A DNA stretch of 63,828 bases from positions 27,483,636 to 27,547,463 of the forward strand of contig NC_069001.1 of the NCBI RefSeq assembly GCF_001194135.2. The letters are read 5' to 3'. The notes under the pieces are model-generated. The model had not been told where the DNA came from, did not search any database, and saw only the letters and a program-made list of their open reading frames with translations. Made by a program: the position numbers and the translations under genes. Source of the stretch: Octopus bimaculoides. Taxonomy: Eukaryota. This document shows, piece by piece, positions 1 to 13,854 of this stretch. The number at the start of each line of letters is the position of its first letter. The stretch's first letter is position 1.

Positions 1-58
<58 letters not shown>

Positions 59-280
59 GACATGCGTGTATGTACACGAGTACGCTTGCATATACGTGAG
101 CATGCAGACATTCACTTGTGCATGTATATGTATGTATATATATTCGTATGTATTCGCAGTAGTGTGTGTTTGTGTGTGTATGCAGGGGACGGCTTGTGTG
201 TGTGTTGTGCGTGTGTGTGTGTATGTGTGCAGGGGACGGCCTATGACTGTGTGTGTATTTGTGTGTGCTTATAAATTACC
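1..280. repeat. (TG)n-rich microsatellite tract
   Basis: Direct reading. Similar (TA)n/(CA)n tracts occur at about 7730-7960, 28790-29475, 29800-30090, 36380-36645, 53800-54140 and 60200-60950. Confidence 0.95.
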
Positions 281-1030
281 TTGAGATATTTCACCAAAAT
301 CTGCTTAGTTTTCACTATTTTTTTCAGAAGCGGGAAAACACATTTTATGGCTGTGTGTATGCGTAACAGAGAAAGTAGGGGAAACTCAATATTATACGTT
401 AAGGAATTGTGTGATAAGATATCGTACTATTTATAACTTGATTTGTTTTCAACACGTGAAATTGAGTGCACACTTCGAAAGGAACTCGGTGGCTCTGTAA
501 TACTTTTAAACCCGATGATAAAATATGTAATATTTTTCTTCTGTGCTTAGAAGTATATAAATATGGGTTTCAAATCCTAGCCCAGGCCCGGGAGTTACGG
601 GTGTGGGTCTAATTAGAATCCTGTACAAGGCTAAAACTTATTCCATTGTGTCCTGAAAGTTGAAAGGCAAAGTTCAGCCGGAAGAATTATATAAAGATTA
701 TCTAACGTATGTACGCCGATAGCAGGTGAGAAAATGAAACAGAAAACACAATACAAGTTCGATGATTTTCATATGGATAGAAATTCATCGAATTTGAAAA
801 TATCTTTGGAATAATGTCATTCAAATGATATAGTGTTAATAAGAACGGTAATGTTTGAAATATGGTGTGTTGTTATTTGTAGACGAACGCTGGGTAATAT
901 ACTAGAAATAATGGTCTAGAAATAAGATTAGCCTTGTTTCTATGTCATTAGTATAAACACTCCCCCCTACACATTTATACGTACAACTATATAACTACAT
1001 ATAGGCAACACAGACACGCAAAGTTATATA

Positions 1031-1061
<31 letters not shown>

Positions 1062-1409
1062 GAGAGTATTGTAGTTCGCTTGAAGCATTGTGCATTGTTT
1101 GTAAAGAATAAAAAGTTTTGAATGGTAATCTGGATGTGTGTAGGTTCATTCTTAATAACATGTTTATGTATTGTTTATAGCAAAAATAAAAAAAAGAGAG
1201 AGAGGAAAAAAGGGGGGAAGAGCAGCTGCACGTATAACACATAACTTCGAAGCAGCGCTACAGATGTACCAACACACATGAGATTGAAACATAGCCGACC
1301 TCACGCACTTCTCATGAGGAATTCCGGAAAGAGATTCGTAAGACCACTACTGAGACGCTTCCAAAGAAAAGAAAAGCTGTTGGAAAACAGTTTATAGCAG
1401 AGACTCCAT

Positions 1410-1460
1410 CTAAGAATATCTGAAGAAGGAATTGTATTCCGAAATATCATCGGACTATAG
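1410..1460 (+). ncRNA. Minimal type I hammerhead ribozyme-like motif (Penelope-type)
   Basis: CTGAAGA 1420-1426, extra A, stem II GGAAT/ATTCC (1428-1440, loop TGT), GAAA 1441-1444, palindromic ATAT stem III, AUC triplet ending 1448. Stem I is weak (2 proximal bp). Confidence 0.55.
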
Positions 1461-1858
1461 ATAACTAAATTACAACAGGTATATAGTCCATGTTTTGTAT
1501 TATAGTGCATTGTTGTACCATTCAAAACTTTTATTCTTTACAATATATATCGCTTCAATATACCACGACGTCTAAAAAACTTTTGAACTTTTCCACTTTT
1601 GTAAACCTCCTTTATCATCCTTTTTTACCTTACNNNNNNNNNNNNNNNNNNNNNNNNNNNNNNNNNNNNNNNNNNNNNNNNNNNNNNNNNNNNNNNNNNN
1701 NNNNNNNNNNNNNNNNNNNNNNNNNNNNNNNNNNNNNNNNNNNNNNNNNNNNNNNNNNNNNNNNNNNNNNNNNNNNNNNNNNNNNNNNNNNNNNNNNNNN
1801 NNNNNNNNNNNNNNNNNNNNNNNNNNNNNNNNNNNNNNNNNNNNNNNNNNNATATATA

Positions 1859-1901
<43 letters not shown>

Positions 1902-2710
1902 GTGTATATATATATATATATATAGTAAATCCCCCCAAAAGATGAAAAAACGGAAAAAAAAACTACAACGTGAGGACGTGGTACATGTAAAGTATGAGCA
2001 GACGACCAGTATGGGATAGCTGGAAGAAGAGCTGACCCTGTATTCGGTTATTTTTGTTTGATAAGGAAAGTAACAAAACTCCTAGCACTTGAGTCACTCT
2101 CGTTTTCTTTCGATTAGCGACAATGAATACACGCGCACACATAAACGCACGCAAGCACACGCACAAACAAGCATACATACACACACACATACCCAAACAT
2201 ATGTATATGTGGTAATACAATATCTTGCATATAAATTTACTCCCATGCTTATGTAGGATTTTATTCTTTTTGACATTTTCTTTCGTATATATGCTTGCGC
2301 AGTTTTTCGTACTGATGTTTGCTTTTCTTTTCATCATTCATTTTCTTTCCATTATTGATTTTTTTTTCATACTATTTAAAGTCAACCTATTCCAGTTCAA
2401 CATTTACTTATCATTTTCATAAATATTACAAGAAAATGGTGCATACATTCACTTTTCCGATATCATGCTTAGCATCATATTCAGCATAAATTATTTAGTA
2501 CTTTTATCGTGACTTCGTTCTGTTTTACATTTCTGCAGGTTACTGATATGCTATTTCCGAGTATTTTGCTTCTTTTGTTTTGCCTTCATCATTATTATGT
2601 TCTCATATACATATATTTGTTAGAATACTTAAATATCTAGCAAGCATTACGGATTATCCTTTCATAATATATCATATAGTATAGATTATCGGGCATTGCC
2701 ATTTCGTTGT

Positions 2711-3086
2711 GACGATGGCACTCCGTCGCTTACGACGTCGAGGGTTCCAGTTGATCCGATCAACGGAACAGCCTGCTCGTGAAATTAACGTGCAAGTGGC
2801 TGAGAACTCCACAGACACGTGTACCCTTAACGTAGTTCTCGGGGATATTCAGCGTGACACAGTGTGACAAGGCTGACCCTTTGAATTACAGGCACAACAG
2901 AAACAGGAAGTAAGAGTGAGAGAAAGTTGTGGTGCAAGAGTACAGCAGGGTTCGGCACCATCCCCTGCCGGATCCTCGTGGTGTTTTCGTTCTATAAACA
3001 CTCACAACGCCTGGTCTGGGAATCGAAACTGCGATCCTATGACCTCGAGTCCGCTGCTCCAACCACTGGGCCACTGCGCCTCCACT
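2711..3086 (-). mobile_element. tRNA-derived SINE, family A, full length
   Basis: Minus-strand head GGAGGCGCAGTGGCCCAGTGG...GTTTCGATTCCC (A/B boxes) and tail ...GACGGAGTGCC. Flanked by an 11-bp direct repeat CATTTCGTTGT (2700-2710 and 3087-3097). Homologous to 16584-17067. Confidence 0.9.
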
Positions 3087-5221
3087 CATTTCGTTGTATA
3101 TCATCGGTTTCTTCACTTGAATTCTATGAGAAATCCTGTACCAAAATGTGCCCATACTACCGTGTTCCTTGCATTAACATAAAGTTCACCGTCTATTCAC
3201 CCTTATACCGAAATAATCTATCTATTTTTCTCAAATCTACAGTGTTATGTCATAATCCTGTAGTCACTTTACTGGAGTCATTTGACTGTTTAGCTATGTA
3301 CAGTGTCAAGCTAACGACGTTAGAGGTCCCCTGTAATATATCGGGTTATATAACATAGATATATTCCATGTTATTTCTTATTTAGTTTTTCACTTTATTG
3401 ACTGACCTGGTGTAAATTATAGTTTAATATTAAAACGTTCTTGTTTCTCGACATCTGTTTTCTAAACATGAGTATTCCTATGAATTGTATGCCTTATTTG
3501 ATATCGTATTTACTCGACAGCCTTCTTGATATTTCCCTTTTTCTTTATAAGTTCTCGATAGTTTACAAGCTTTTCTGATTGCAACAATTATTCCTTTCTG
3601 CTAAAACATAACTGTACTGCAGCTACTGTAACAATTTTAATTCGCAAAACTATTTTTCCATGCAGATAACAGAATTTCATGTATAGTTGTTTCGCTAGAT
3701 ATTTTTATCTCGTTTAGAATTAGTTTACATTTCTCTATAGGGAATCACTTTGAGTTAATTATATCCCGCTGCATATTTTTATCAGTTTACACTAAATCTT
3801 AGTCCGTTATTTTTAGACATCAAATGTACTTGCATACAATTTCTATTTTCAAAATAAGATTTTAATTATGTTTTTCACAATAATTATCTGTTTATGATTC
3901 ATTTTCATATTGAATTAATTCGCTAATATGTATTTGTAATTAAATAATAATTCTCATTAATAATTTAATTTCATTATAAATATTATCTTCGATCCTTTAA
4001 ATTACAAAATTTTATTAAAAATATTTAAAATCGAACGACCTTGAACAGCTTAGTGTCCTTCTGAGGATTTTTAAAGTACCTTCGAAACTATAAATATCGT
4101 GTAGTTATAAATCTTAATTCTTAATATAACTATTACACTTATACTATATCTTAAGCGTGATTATTTTAAAAGCTTCTTAACACTACACATATTCTGTTCC
4201 ACATACATAGTTAAAATTTTGAACTTCTACACACAAATAAATAGCATACACTTGAAATTTTAGCAAAGATTCTCTCTTTTACTCTCCTTAGATTAATTTA
4301 CATATTTAAGAATTTCCTTCTATTTAAACCTCATCTATCACTCTTCTTTCATGTACATAGATACACAGAGTGGCACGTTTATTCGTGTGTGTGCATATAC
4401 GTGGATATACATACTGTATATGCATAAATATTAGCAGATAAATATTATNNNNNNNNNNNNNNNNNNNNNNNNNNNNNNNNNNNNNNNNNNNNNNNNNNNN
4501 NNNNNNNNNNNNNNNNNNNNNNNNNNNNNNNNNNNNNNNNNNNNNNNNNNNNNNNNNNNNNNNNNNNNNNNNNNNNNNNNNNNNNNNNNNNNNNNNNNNN
4601 NNNNNNNNNNNNNNNNNNNNNNNNNNNNNNNNNNNNNNNNNNNNNNNNNNNNNNNNNNNNNNNNNNNNNNNNNNNNNNNNNNNNNNNNNNNNNNNNNNNN
4701 NNNNNNNNNNNNNNNNNNNNNNNNNNNNNNNNNNNNNNNNNNNNNNNNNNNNNNNNNNNNNNNNNNNNNNNNNNNNNNNNNNNNNNNNNNNNNNNNNNNN
4801 NNNNNNNNNNNNNNNNNNNNNNNNNNNNNNNNNNNNNNNNNNNNNNNNNNNNNNNNNNNNNNNNNNNNNNNNNNNNNNNNNNNNNNNNNNNNNNNNNNNN
4901 NNNNNNNNNNNNNNNNNNNNNNNNNNNNNNNNNNNNNNNNNNNNNNNNNNNNNNNNNNNNNNNNNNNNNNNNNNNNNNNNNNNNNNNNNNNNNNNNNNNN
5001 NNNNNNNNNNNNNNNNNNNNNNNNNNNNNNNNNNNNNNNNNNNNNNNNNNNNNNNNNNNNNNNNNNNNNNNNNNNATATATATATATATATATATAATCA
5101 AACAATGGGGTAAAAAATTGGATATTAATTAATATCAATTTAATACCAGGTAACTAGCACATTAAAAGAATCAGGGAGATTCAGAAAAAAATATCTGAGG
5201 TCTCAAGGATTATTGCATATG

Positions 5222-5319
5222 TTTATATAAAGATATATACGAGTATATACACAGGAGGCCAGTACAGGAGTCCACCTACTGGCCTCGTGTGTATATACTC
5301 GTATATATCTTTATATAAA
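5222..5319. repeat. Near-perfect fold-back hairpin (43-bp arms, 12-nt loop)
   Basis: 5222-5264 is the reverse complement of 5277-5319 with one mismatch; loop CAGGAGTCCACC. Confidence 0.9.
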
Positions 5320-5960
5320 TATATATATATAATATATATATTTCAATTTACGATGAAAGTAAACAAACAATGTTTGTTTTTTAGAAGCGTTGAGATGTAT
5401 TGAGAGATACGAATTTTTTTTCTCAAACACGTGATAATGCTAATGCCATGGTTGGCCGGTGACGTATTTTTCTGCAATGTATGGATAATTTATCCTGATC
5501 ACGCTATTTATTAGCATTATCACGCGTTTAAGAATAAATATATATATATATATATATATTTATTCCATCTCAGCAGATTGTGAGTGGAGAGGGGGTGGTG
5601 AGAGTACAATCGCAGGTGGCCTGGTGAAAGAATCTCTACTCTCACGTGCTCCACTTGCAGATGTCATTCCCTCTTTGCAATAATCTTAGCCACGAAAATT
5701 TATTTCGTTTCACCCGCAACAGTTGGTCGTCTGCTTCTTTGAAATATTTAAAATACATTTTCTGCAACGAGAGTCTTTATAAGATGACGTGCATTGAAAG
5801 CCTCTGCTACCTATCCAGATGACCATTGCTAGCATTTACTGAGTAGTAGTTATTCAATGTTCTTTTTTAAATTAAGATTGATACGCAACCTGCAGAGGAA
5901 AAGAAAAGTTACATAAAATTTATATCTAATGTATTCAGACTTTATGTCTAATTACGTGTG

Positions 5961-6240
5961 TAAATGGTCTGATCAATAAGTATCCGGACTGTTGCCATAG
6001 TAACGAAGCTAAAGCACACATAGTGAAACCGTTTGTCAGAGATTGACCTTGAACTATGCTGTACATACACACTAAGTTTTAACCCCGCTCACTTCCACTG
6101 TTTACAGCAATGTTTGAAAGGAATGTGTGTAGCGTGCGACTGTCGCACTGAGCATGACAGAAAGTTGTGCAAAGAATCTGGAGATACCTGCTCAGATGCC
6201 AATGCAAAGTTTTCAGAAAGATATCGTCCTTCCTGACATA
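5961..6240 (+). mobile_element. Mariner-like transposon 5' relic
   Basis: TIR-like GGTCTGATCAATAAGTATCCGGACT, then a degraded transposase start (ATGACAGAAAG...TGTGCAAAGAATCTGGAGATACCTGCTCAGAT) resembling the mariner N-terminal HTH. Frameshifted. Confidence 0.6.
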
Positions 6241-6536
6241 ATCGAAACTGATAGAAAAAATTCCCTATTTTTCCTACCCTATATAAATTTTCTTAATATG
6301 ATATCTATTTATTTGGGTTCGCTATTTAGTTACAATTCTATATAATACAAAGCAGCATATCGTCGCATATCAATTTTTTCTACAATCCTCGTCACGAGAA
6401 GACAAAACTGAGTAAAATGTACAATGCCTCAACTCGGTATAATATAACCTACATGTTAAGAATACATTTAATGCAATTAGCACTGCGCGTGCGTATGTGT
6501 GTGCGTTTTTGTGCGAGCAAGTATCCGTATGTTAAA

Positions 6537-6768
6537 GCGGCGAGCTGGCAGAAATGTTTGCGCGGCGGCTGAAATGCTTAGCGGTATTTCGTCTGCCGTT
6601 ACGTTCTGAGTTCAAATTCCGCCGTGGTCGACTTTGCCTTTCATCCTTTCGGAGTCGATAAATTAAGTACCAGTTACGCACTGGGATCGATGTAATCAAC
6701 TTAACCCCTTTGTCTGTCCTTGTTTGTCCCCCCTATGTTTAGCTCGTTGTAGGCAACAAACAAATAAG
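6537..6768 (+). mobile_element. tRNA-derived SINE, family B
   Basis: GCGGCGAGCTGGCAGAA...GAGTTCAAATTCCGCC...GTCGACTTTGCCTTTCATCC...AAGTACCAGTT; many homologous copies in the window. Confidence 0.85.
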
Positions 6769-7725
6769 TATCCGTATGTATGCGCGTCTATATATGTTAC
6801 CGTGTTCCTGCTCGTTTTCGTATTTATTTGTGGGTTCATAAAAGTTATATCTGTTGGCTGATATATAAGAGTAGTTATAAAGCTCTGGTTTCTAACAAGA
6901 GTGAAAGCTACATCACATTAATTTGGATTGCAAAGAAAGTGTTGCATTTTGCAATGTCTTGTATGTATTTACTGCTTAGCTTACGCAATGTATAAGCAAA
7001 GTATCCCATAATTGGGATCGTTCTTTATCAGAATATACTAACTTATCGAAAACTACAAAGTGTATCAATATTAGCAAGTATATCAATTGTTGCTGATATA
7101 ATGGGAAATTATATACATCAGTAAATGACTTTGTTTCGAAGCATTTGCACAAAAATATTCCTCGTCTCGATCATTTTTATATATAAATATTGTTTCCTTT
7201 ATTTTTCTGAATGTATCTCGTGGATTCGAATCCAAGGGTTAAAACTGGTTCCTTCTAAAAACGGACCTTTCGCGTTGAGCCTTAATCACTACGCATTATT
7301 ACTTTTATGCTCTGACTCATAAAATTTTGCTTCTTTACCCAGTTTTTGTTGATACAATAAGTACCAGGCTTTAAGAAAGTTCTGGGGTCAATTCATTCGA
7401 CTAAATTTTTTTCAAGTACTTGGCCCAGTATGGCGCTGTCTACTGACTGAAACAACTAAAAAGAAAGATTATATACATGTATGCATATATGCGCATATTT
7501 AGGGTTACTAGAGCAAAGGATACAATGATTGATTGCGATAAAGGTGTATACTTTATTATTATTCATCAGACGCAAAATTACAAAAGTTTTTCAGGAACAG
7601 CTTGTTTCACGTATTACCTTTGCTGCACTCATAAGTACTATGCACAAAACGTTCAGATCTTGTGTTTCTTTTGTAACTTTCTGCATTTTAAAAATAACAG
7701 AAGTACCTGCAAGCTCACACACGCA

Positions 7726-7758
<33 letters not shown>

Positions 7759-7909
7759 CACACACACACAACACACACGCACACACACGCACGCACACNN
7801 NNNNNNNNNNNNNNNNNNNNNNNNNNNNNNNNNNNNNNNNNNNNNNNNNNNNNNNNNNNNNNNNNNNNNNNNNNNNNNNNNNNNNNNNNNNNNNNNNNNN
7901 NNNNNNNNN

Positions 7910-7959
<50 letters not shown>

Positions 7960-8469
7960 CTCCACTTCTTGCTTTCACACACACATACAAGCAGATATAC
8001 TTAGAAGCATTAACAAGTTTTCATTTCATAAATGTATTAACATATTTTTTTTTTTTTGATTCTTAGGTAGTTTTAATTGACATTCAAATATAATTCTTGA
8101 TAATGTTTAATCTTTTCTTTTCGAACACTGCATATATCTTAACTCAAAGTCGCATTTCATTTCCTTTAAATTGAATTCCAATTTCTTTCCATTTAAATGC
8201 CGTTAAGTTATAATTATTCATTATTAGCGAAGTAATTTACTTAAAAACTTAATGCCTATTTGTTTTCCTTTTCTATTCAAAGATTCATAAAAGTTATGAT
8301 TCAATCGAATTTTCACATCTTTATTTAAAATTGTAATGTTTGCAAGCAAAGAAATTATTAGCGCTTTCAATATACCCCGGAACGTCAGTTTTAGATATAC
8401 TGTATCTCATAATATATTATGAAATGCCTTGTTCGTTAACTGCAGTTTAACCCTCTTTGAACAGATGCA

Positions 8470-8697
8470 TAATTGAAGGAAATAATCTTTTCCACTATAG
8501 ACACAAGACCTGAAAGCTTGGGGGAGGACGCTAGTCGATTACATCGACGCGAATACTCAACTGGTACTTAATTTATCGACCCCGAAACGATGAAAAGCAA
8601 ATTCGACCTCAGCTGAATTTGAACTCAGAACATAACGACGGGCGAAATACCGTTTAGCATTCCGTACAGTATGCTAACGATTCTGCTAGCTCACTGG
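8470..8697 (-). mobile_element. SINE family B copy
   Basis: Reverse complement of the family B sequence (CAGTGAGCTAGCAGAATCGTTAGC...GAGTTCAAATTCAGCTGAGGTCGA). Confidence 0.8.
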
Positions 8698-8799
8698 TTT
8701 TCATTAAAAGAAATAAATTAGTGATGGTGATACAGTGTTCTCGCGGCATATCACGGTTCACCTATTGCGGTTTACTTTTTGTAATAAAATAAATATATA

Positions 8800-9905
8800 C
8801 AATATATCCGAATGACAATGATAATGCATGGTGCCTCCCGACCTAACGCAAATATACACAGGTTCTACATGAAGAAAGGTAAGGGTGGACGTGGGCTGAT
8901 TAGCGGACGAGTGTGCATCAACAGTAAAAGAAGAAACATGTCAGAATATTTGGTAAACAGCAAAGAAGACCCGCTACAGTATGCTGCTACTCCAGAAGGA
9001 GTTAACAAAAATGGACTTGAGAATACTCACGAATTCCAAAGAAGAACAGCCAACGAAAGAGAAGAAACCCTACTCCACACGGAATTACATTGGCAGTTTC
9101 CCCGAGAAACCAACAAATTATAAGACCAGGGAGTAGCGTCATGGAGGTGACTGTAGAAGGGGACCTAAAAAAGAATACTAAAAGCATTAGACCCCTGCAG
9201 AATGTGTAGGAAGAGGATCGAAAGTGTGACTCATATTGTTAGTGCTTGTGAAAATCTTGCGCAGAAAGAGTACAAGCGTAGAGACAACAAAGTAGCCCAA
9301 AACCTCCACTGGCTACTATGCCGTAAGTATGGATATGATTTTACAAGTGCTTGGACCCCACATACATCGGAAAAGGTAATGGACGAAAAGGGGGAGGCAA
9401 AAACCTCTGGGACTTTGATTTCCAGATAGACAAAGCGTTAGAGCATCGAAGGCCGGATAGAGTAACCTTTAGGAGAGACAAACAAGAGTGCCTAATAAGC
9501 GACGTGGCAGTGTCAAGAGATCGACATACCATTATGAAAGAAGGAGAAAAAGTTGATAAATATGGAGAACTGAGAATTTAGATCGCTAAGATGTGGCAGC
9601 TACGAGAGTCGAATATAAAGTTTATCCCTATCGTCATCGGAGCATTGGGTTCAATATCACCCAATCTGAAAACAAATATCTGAAAACATTATAGATACCC
9701 TACAATCTTAATGTATTGAAAAAGTTAGCATTGCTTAGAATTGCACGCATATTGTTTACTGTACTTTCTGTCTGAGCTACTTGTTGTGACTTGACAAACA
9801 GTAAAAACACCCAGAAGATACAATATCTTCAATCAACAACCTCATGATATAGTATACTGTACGACGTCTATAATAATAATAATAGTAACAACAACAACAA
9901 CAACA
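8800..9905 (+). mobile_element. Degraded 3' half of an R4/Dong-like non-LTR retrotransposon (RT end, CCHC knuckle, restriction-like endonuclease)
   Basis: Frameshifted peptides HRFYMKKGKGGRGLIS, CRMC...ESVTHIVSAC...EYKRR.NKVA..LHWLLC and HRRPD...ECLISDVAV..D..KEGEKVDKY.EL, ending ...IARILFTVLSV-stop. A 3' UTR then (TAA)n(CAA)n follows at about 9870-9905. Confidence 0.85.
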
Positions 9906-10784
9906 GGAATATGTAACAACAAATAACATGATTGACTTGTGATAGATCTTCGGCTTAGTCATTCTACCTGGTAGAATTATCAGATCAATACCGTTAGACC
10001 AACACTTTACCATCACACAAAAAATGAAAGAAACATTTGATAATATAGTACTGCATATATTATCTGAAAATGAATTAGGATGGCTACAGGTGGAAAGCTG
10101 TTACACATGTCTGCTTTATGTTAGCCTATTTGGGTCTAAACACACATAAATGAACAACAAATTACATAGAGAATAATCGTCTCCATTAAGAATAAAAAGT
10201 ATAAAGAAAACAGAAACGGACTGACACCTTATTCATTGTTAACGGTAATTTTATTGTATTTTGTCTCCTGTAAATTCTGTACTGCTACCGGTTGCATTAA
10301 TTTATGACGTGACTTCGAGCGTAAACACATTAATGGAGGAAAAATTAAATGAACACTCAACACCTACAGCCCAAACGATGTACGATAAATACAATGCGAT
10401 AAATAGTTTTAGCAAAAATGTCTTGTCACCAGACAAATAAACTGGTACCTGATAAAAATGATGACAATTCAAATAAATAGATTTCATACTACAAAACTGC
10501 AAAGAAAGTATGAAAAGAAAAAAAAGCATAAAAAGTGTGGGGACTGTTATGTTTCCATGTAATACGGATATTGTAAAACTTCACTCTGTGCTTAATACAT
10601 ATACAAGTCAATGTTATATGTTAACATAGATAGGAGCATTAATGGGTATTGATGTAGTCAGCAGTTGAACACTGAATAGAATAAAGAAATATAAAGAATT
10701 GTCTACTTAGTGATTATAGATGCAAGAAGAAGCAACCAGATTCCTCTTAAGAGATACTGTATCTTCTTAAACAAAACGAAGAAG

Positions 10785-11215
10785 TAGCTGCGTGGTAAGA
10801 AGCTTGATTCACAGTCACATGGTTCCTAGTCCAATCCCACTGCATGCCTCACAAGGCAAATGTCTTCTTGGCGACCGAGAAGACACCTCAGGCCGACCAA
10901 AGCCTTCTGGATGGATTTCATAGGTGGAAACTGGAAGAAGCTGGTGGTGGTGTGTGTGTGTGTATATATATATATATATGTATATATAGATATATATATA
11001 TATATGTGTGTGTGTGGTTGCTTGTGTGTGTGTGTGTGTCTGTGTTCGTCTACCACCACCGCTTCACAATCTGTATTGGTGTTCCTATGTTCCCGTAATT
11101 AGTGATAGAATAAGTACAAGCTTTTGAAGGAAATAAGTGCTGGGATCGAATCATTCGACTGAAGGCGGGTTCCAGTATACCGCAGTTTAATGACTGAAGA
11201 AATAAAAAAGACAAA
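10785..11215 (+). mobile_element. tRNA-derived SINE family C with internal (TG)/(TA) microsatellite
   Basis: Head GCTGCGTGGTAAGAAGCTTG..., CCGACCAAAGCC, internal microsatellite and 3' half GATAGAATAAGTAC...GACTGAA. Homologous to 47686 and 52981. Confidence 0.8.
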
Positions 11216-13854
11216 AAAAACATAGGACAGTTTCTATGATTTTTTGATATATTCTTATCTATTTTTATCAAGCTGAGTGTAACAACAGAAGTTTAACTGA
11301 ATTTGAGAGTAGTAATTTTTTATGAGTAATTGTAAAATTAATAAAAAGAATATGGGGATAAATCATACCCCACTGCACAAATGGCGTTTTAGTATCCCGC
11401 CGATCGAACAGACGGTTTACTGAATTTGAGGGCAGTAGTTTTGGCTGTATTCACAAACTTTATATAGACATCTAATCCGTACTAAACGGCATTGGAATGC
11501 AAATTAATATTCATTTATTTTAAGGTTTGGTCATGGTAGAGAGGCCATATTGTTGGGGACTTTTATGTATGTTTGGAGTACAATTCGACTACAAGATCTA
11601 CAGTTTGAGTTTCATTTCAAAATGTTTTATCGTCAATTCCATTGAAAGAATATTTTACCGTACAGAACGGGTCGCAATATAAGCTGATACAACAACTGCT
11701 GTGGACAAGTAATGTTATTCAAAGATATCTATTTATATATCAATGTCTGTATGTTTATCTATCTATCTATATATATCTATCTATCTATCTATCTGTGTGT
11801 CTGTCTTTTTGTTTAGAAAGAAAGAGAGAGAGACGTGTGAGAATTAGAATAATAAACAGAGATTACGAGCTGTCAGGATTCACGCATTTTCCATGTATAA
11901 CATTATTCTGCTGAATACGCTCCCTCATGGATCTGAGCAGTAGGATCGACCTTGGAATCATGTGATTTCATTACGAATATATCAAACCATACTCGCACGC
12001 ATAGCTCCTATGAATTACCCTCCCCGCCCTACAAAAGTTTAAAGTGAAAATATATGATGATAAATCATACAAAAATCTCAAAAACCTCATAAAAATTCCT
12101 GGATGCACAAAAGAAGAGATTCTATTAAATTCGTAAAATTTAAAGTCTTGGAAACCTCAAAACAGAAGATTGTATTTCAAGTGCGATATAAAATCTTGTC
12201 AAATTAATGAAACATAAAATCTGAATTATTGGCGTCCTGAAATGAAAAAAAAAACGGTATAAAAAGTTGAAAAGGGTTCATGATATATGTTGAATAGGCA
12301 TAAGGGAGATATCTAAAGCAATCCCAAACTAAGATGAATCCAGGAAATAAGCAATATGATCTAAATAATTATCCAATAGCAAGATGTCGACTAAAACATG
12401 AAAAATAGTAAAATGTTGAATACATTTTGTTACAAGTATTCATCCAAAAAGTTCTTGGGAAGATGATGTGACGAATTGCTGAGAAAAAAAAATTCAACGG
12501 TTGAATTAATTCAGGAACTACAAAAATCTTTCCTCTGTGGCATACAATAGTTGTTTGTTGTATACTTCGTACATTTTTATTTTCACATCAATCTTCTTGC
12601 TAATTCTAAATATTCACTTAGTAAAAAAAAAAAAAAAACCCAAAACGAAACAACATACTTAAGGAAAAACAGATATAATGTTGCTAGGCTTATATACATG
12701 TAAAGATCAATTACCGATCAATAATTGAATGCTGTAAAGGAAGAAGTATAAAAGACAGAACATTTCATGTAATGATTTCTTCAAGGCTTTTGACAGCTAT
12801 TTTTTTCTCATTTGTGTATCTTTGAAACAGTAGCCATGAGAAAAGTAGCAGCAATAAACTACAGGCACTTCAAATATGCCATTGAGTAAATGGAAGACAC
12901 TTGTACAGATCCAAACAATGGAAAGAATACTAAAAGCATAAACATTTCCTACGCAATGACGAATAATCCAGTAGGACTTTTTCCATCTCTTCATCTCTCT
13001 CTCTTTCATTCTATCACATTTCTCTTGTTCTTCATTGAGATTTTTAATCGACATGCCATCCTGGATGTATAGTTAGATGCTGCGGATTGTCAATCTGTCA
13101 TTTCCAGTATTTGGATTATGTCATTACGGATGCTGGGAACGATAAAAACTGGACACATTCTTAAATACGATATATACATCCAGTGGGGACATTGGCGTGA
13201 AATACTATTTAGAAACATGCGGCAAGACCATCTTATAGAAGAAAACATTTCAATAAAATCACTAATATAATTTAAAATAAGATTATGGATGAGACAAGCT
13301 GTCAAATACTTAGGTATAACTTATGCACACAATGTAGAAAACACCCTCAGCCCCGTCTCACACACAGAGAAAGTTTTGGAATGAGATATTATATTATTCG
13401 TCAGAATGGTAAAAAAAATGATAAATTGCTATAAATAATGTTATTAGAAACCTCATTGAAGGTGTTCTAGTAATAATTTACAATTACAATAGAATCAATT
13501 ATTATAATGTATAGGTATTAAACTAAAAAATATTACACAAAGCAACAAATTTCAATATTTTGTTTGTTACGGACATGTGAAATACAGTTTCCGACAAAAT
13601 CTGTGCTGCTGAATTCAGATCTGATTACCAAATTTCCTTCAGACATCCAGATTTAATGGTGATCACTTTTTCGCCTTTTATTTCTATTTCTTTCCAGTAT
13701 GTAAACAGACTTTGTTACTTTTCTGTGCGATGTTTTATTCTAGTTACGCTTCAAAAAATTTAAAGTTGGTATTCCTCCCATTTTCTAGCTTTTCTAAAAG
13801 AATAGATTTTATACACTAAAGTTACAGCCATATGGTCATTCATGCTGCAATAAC

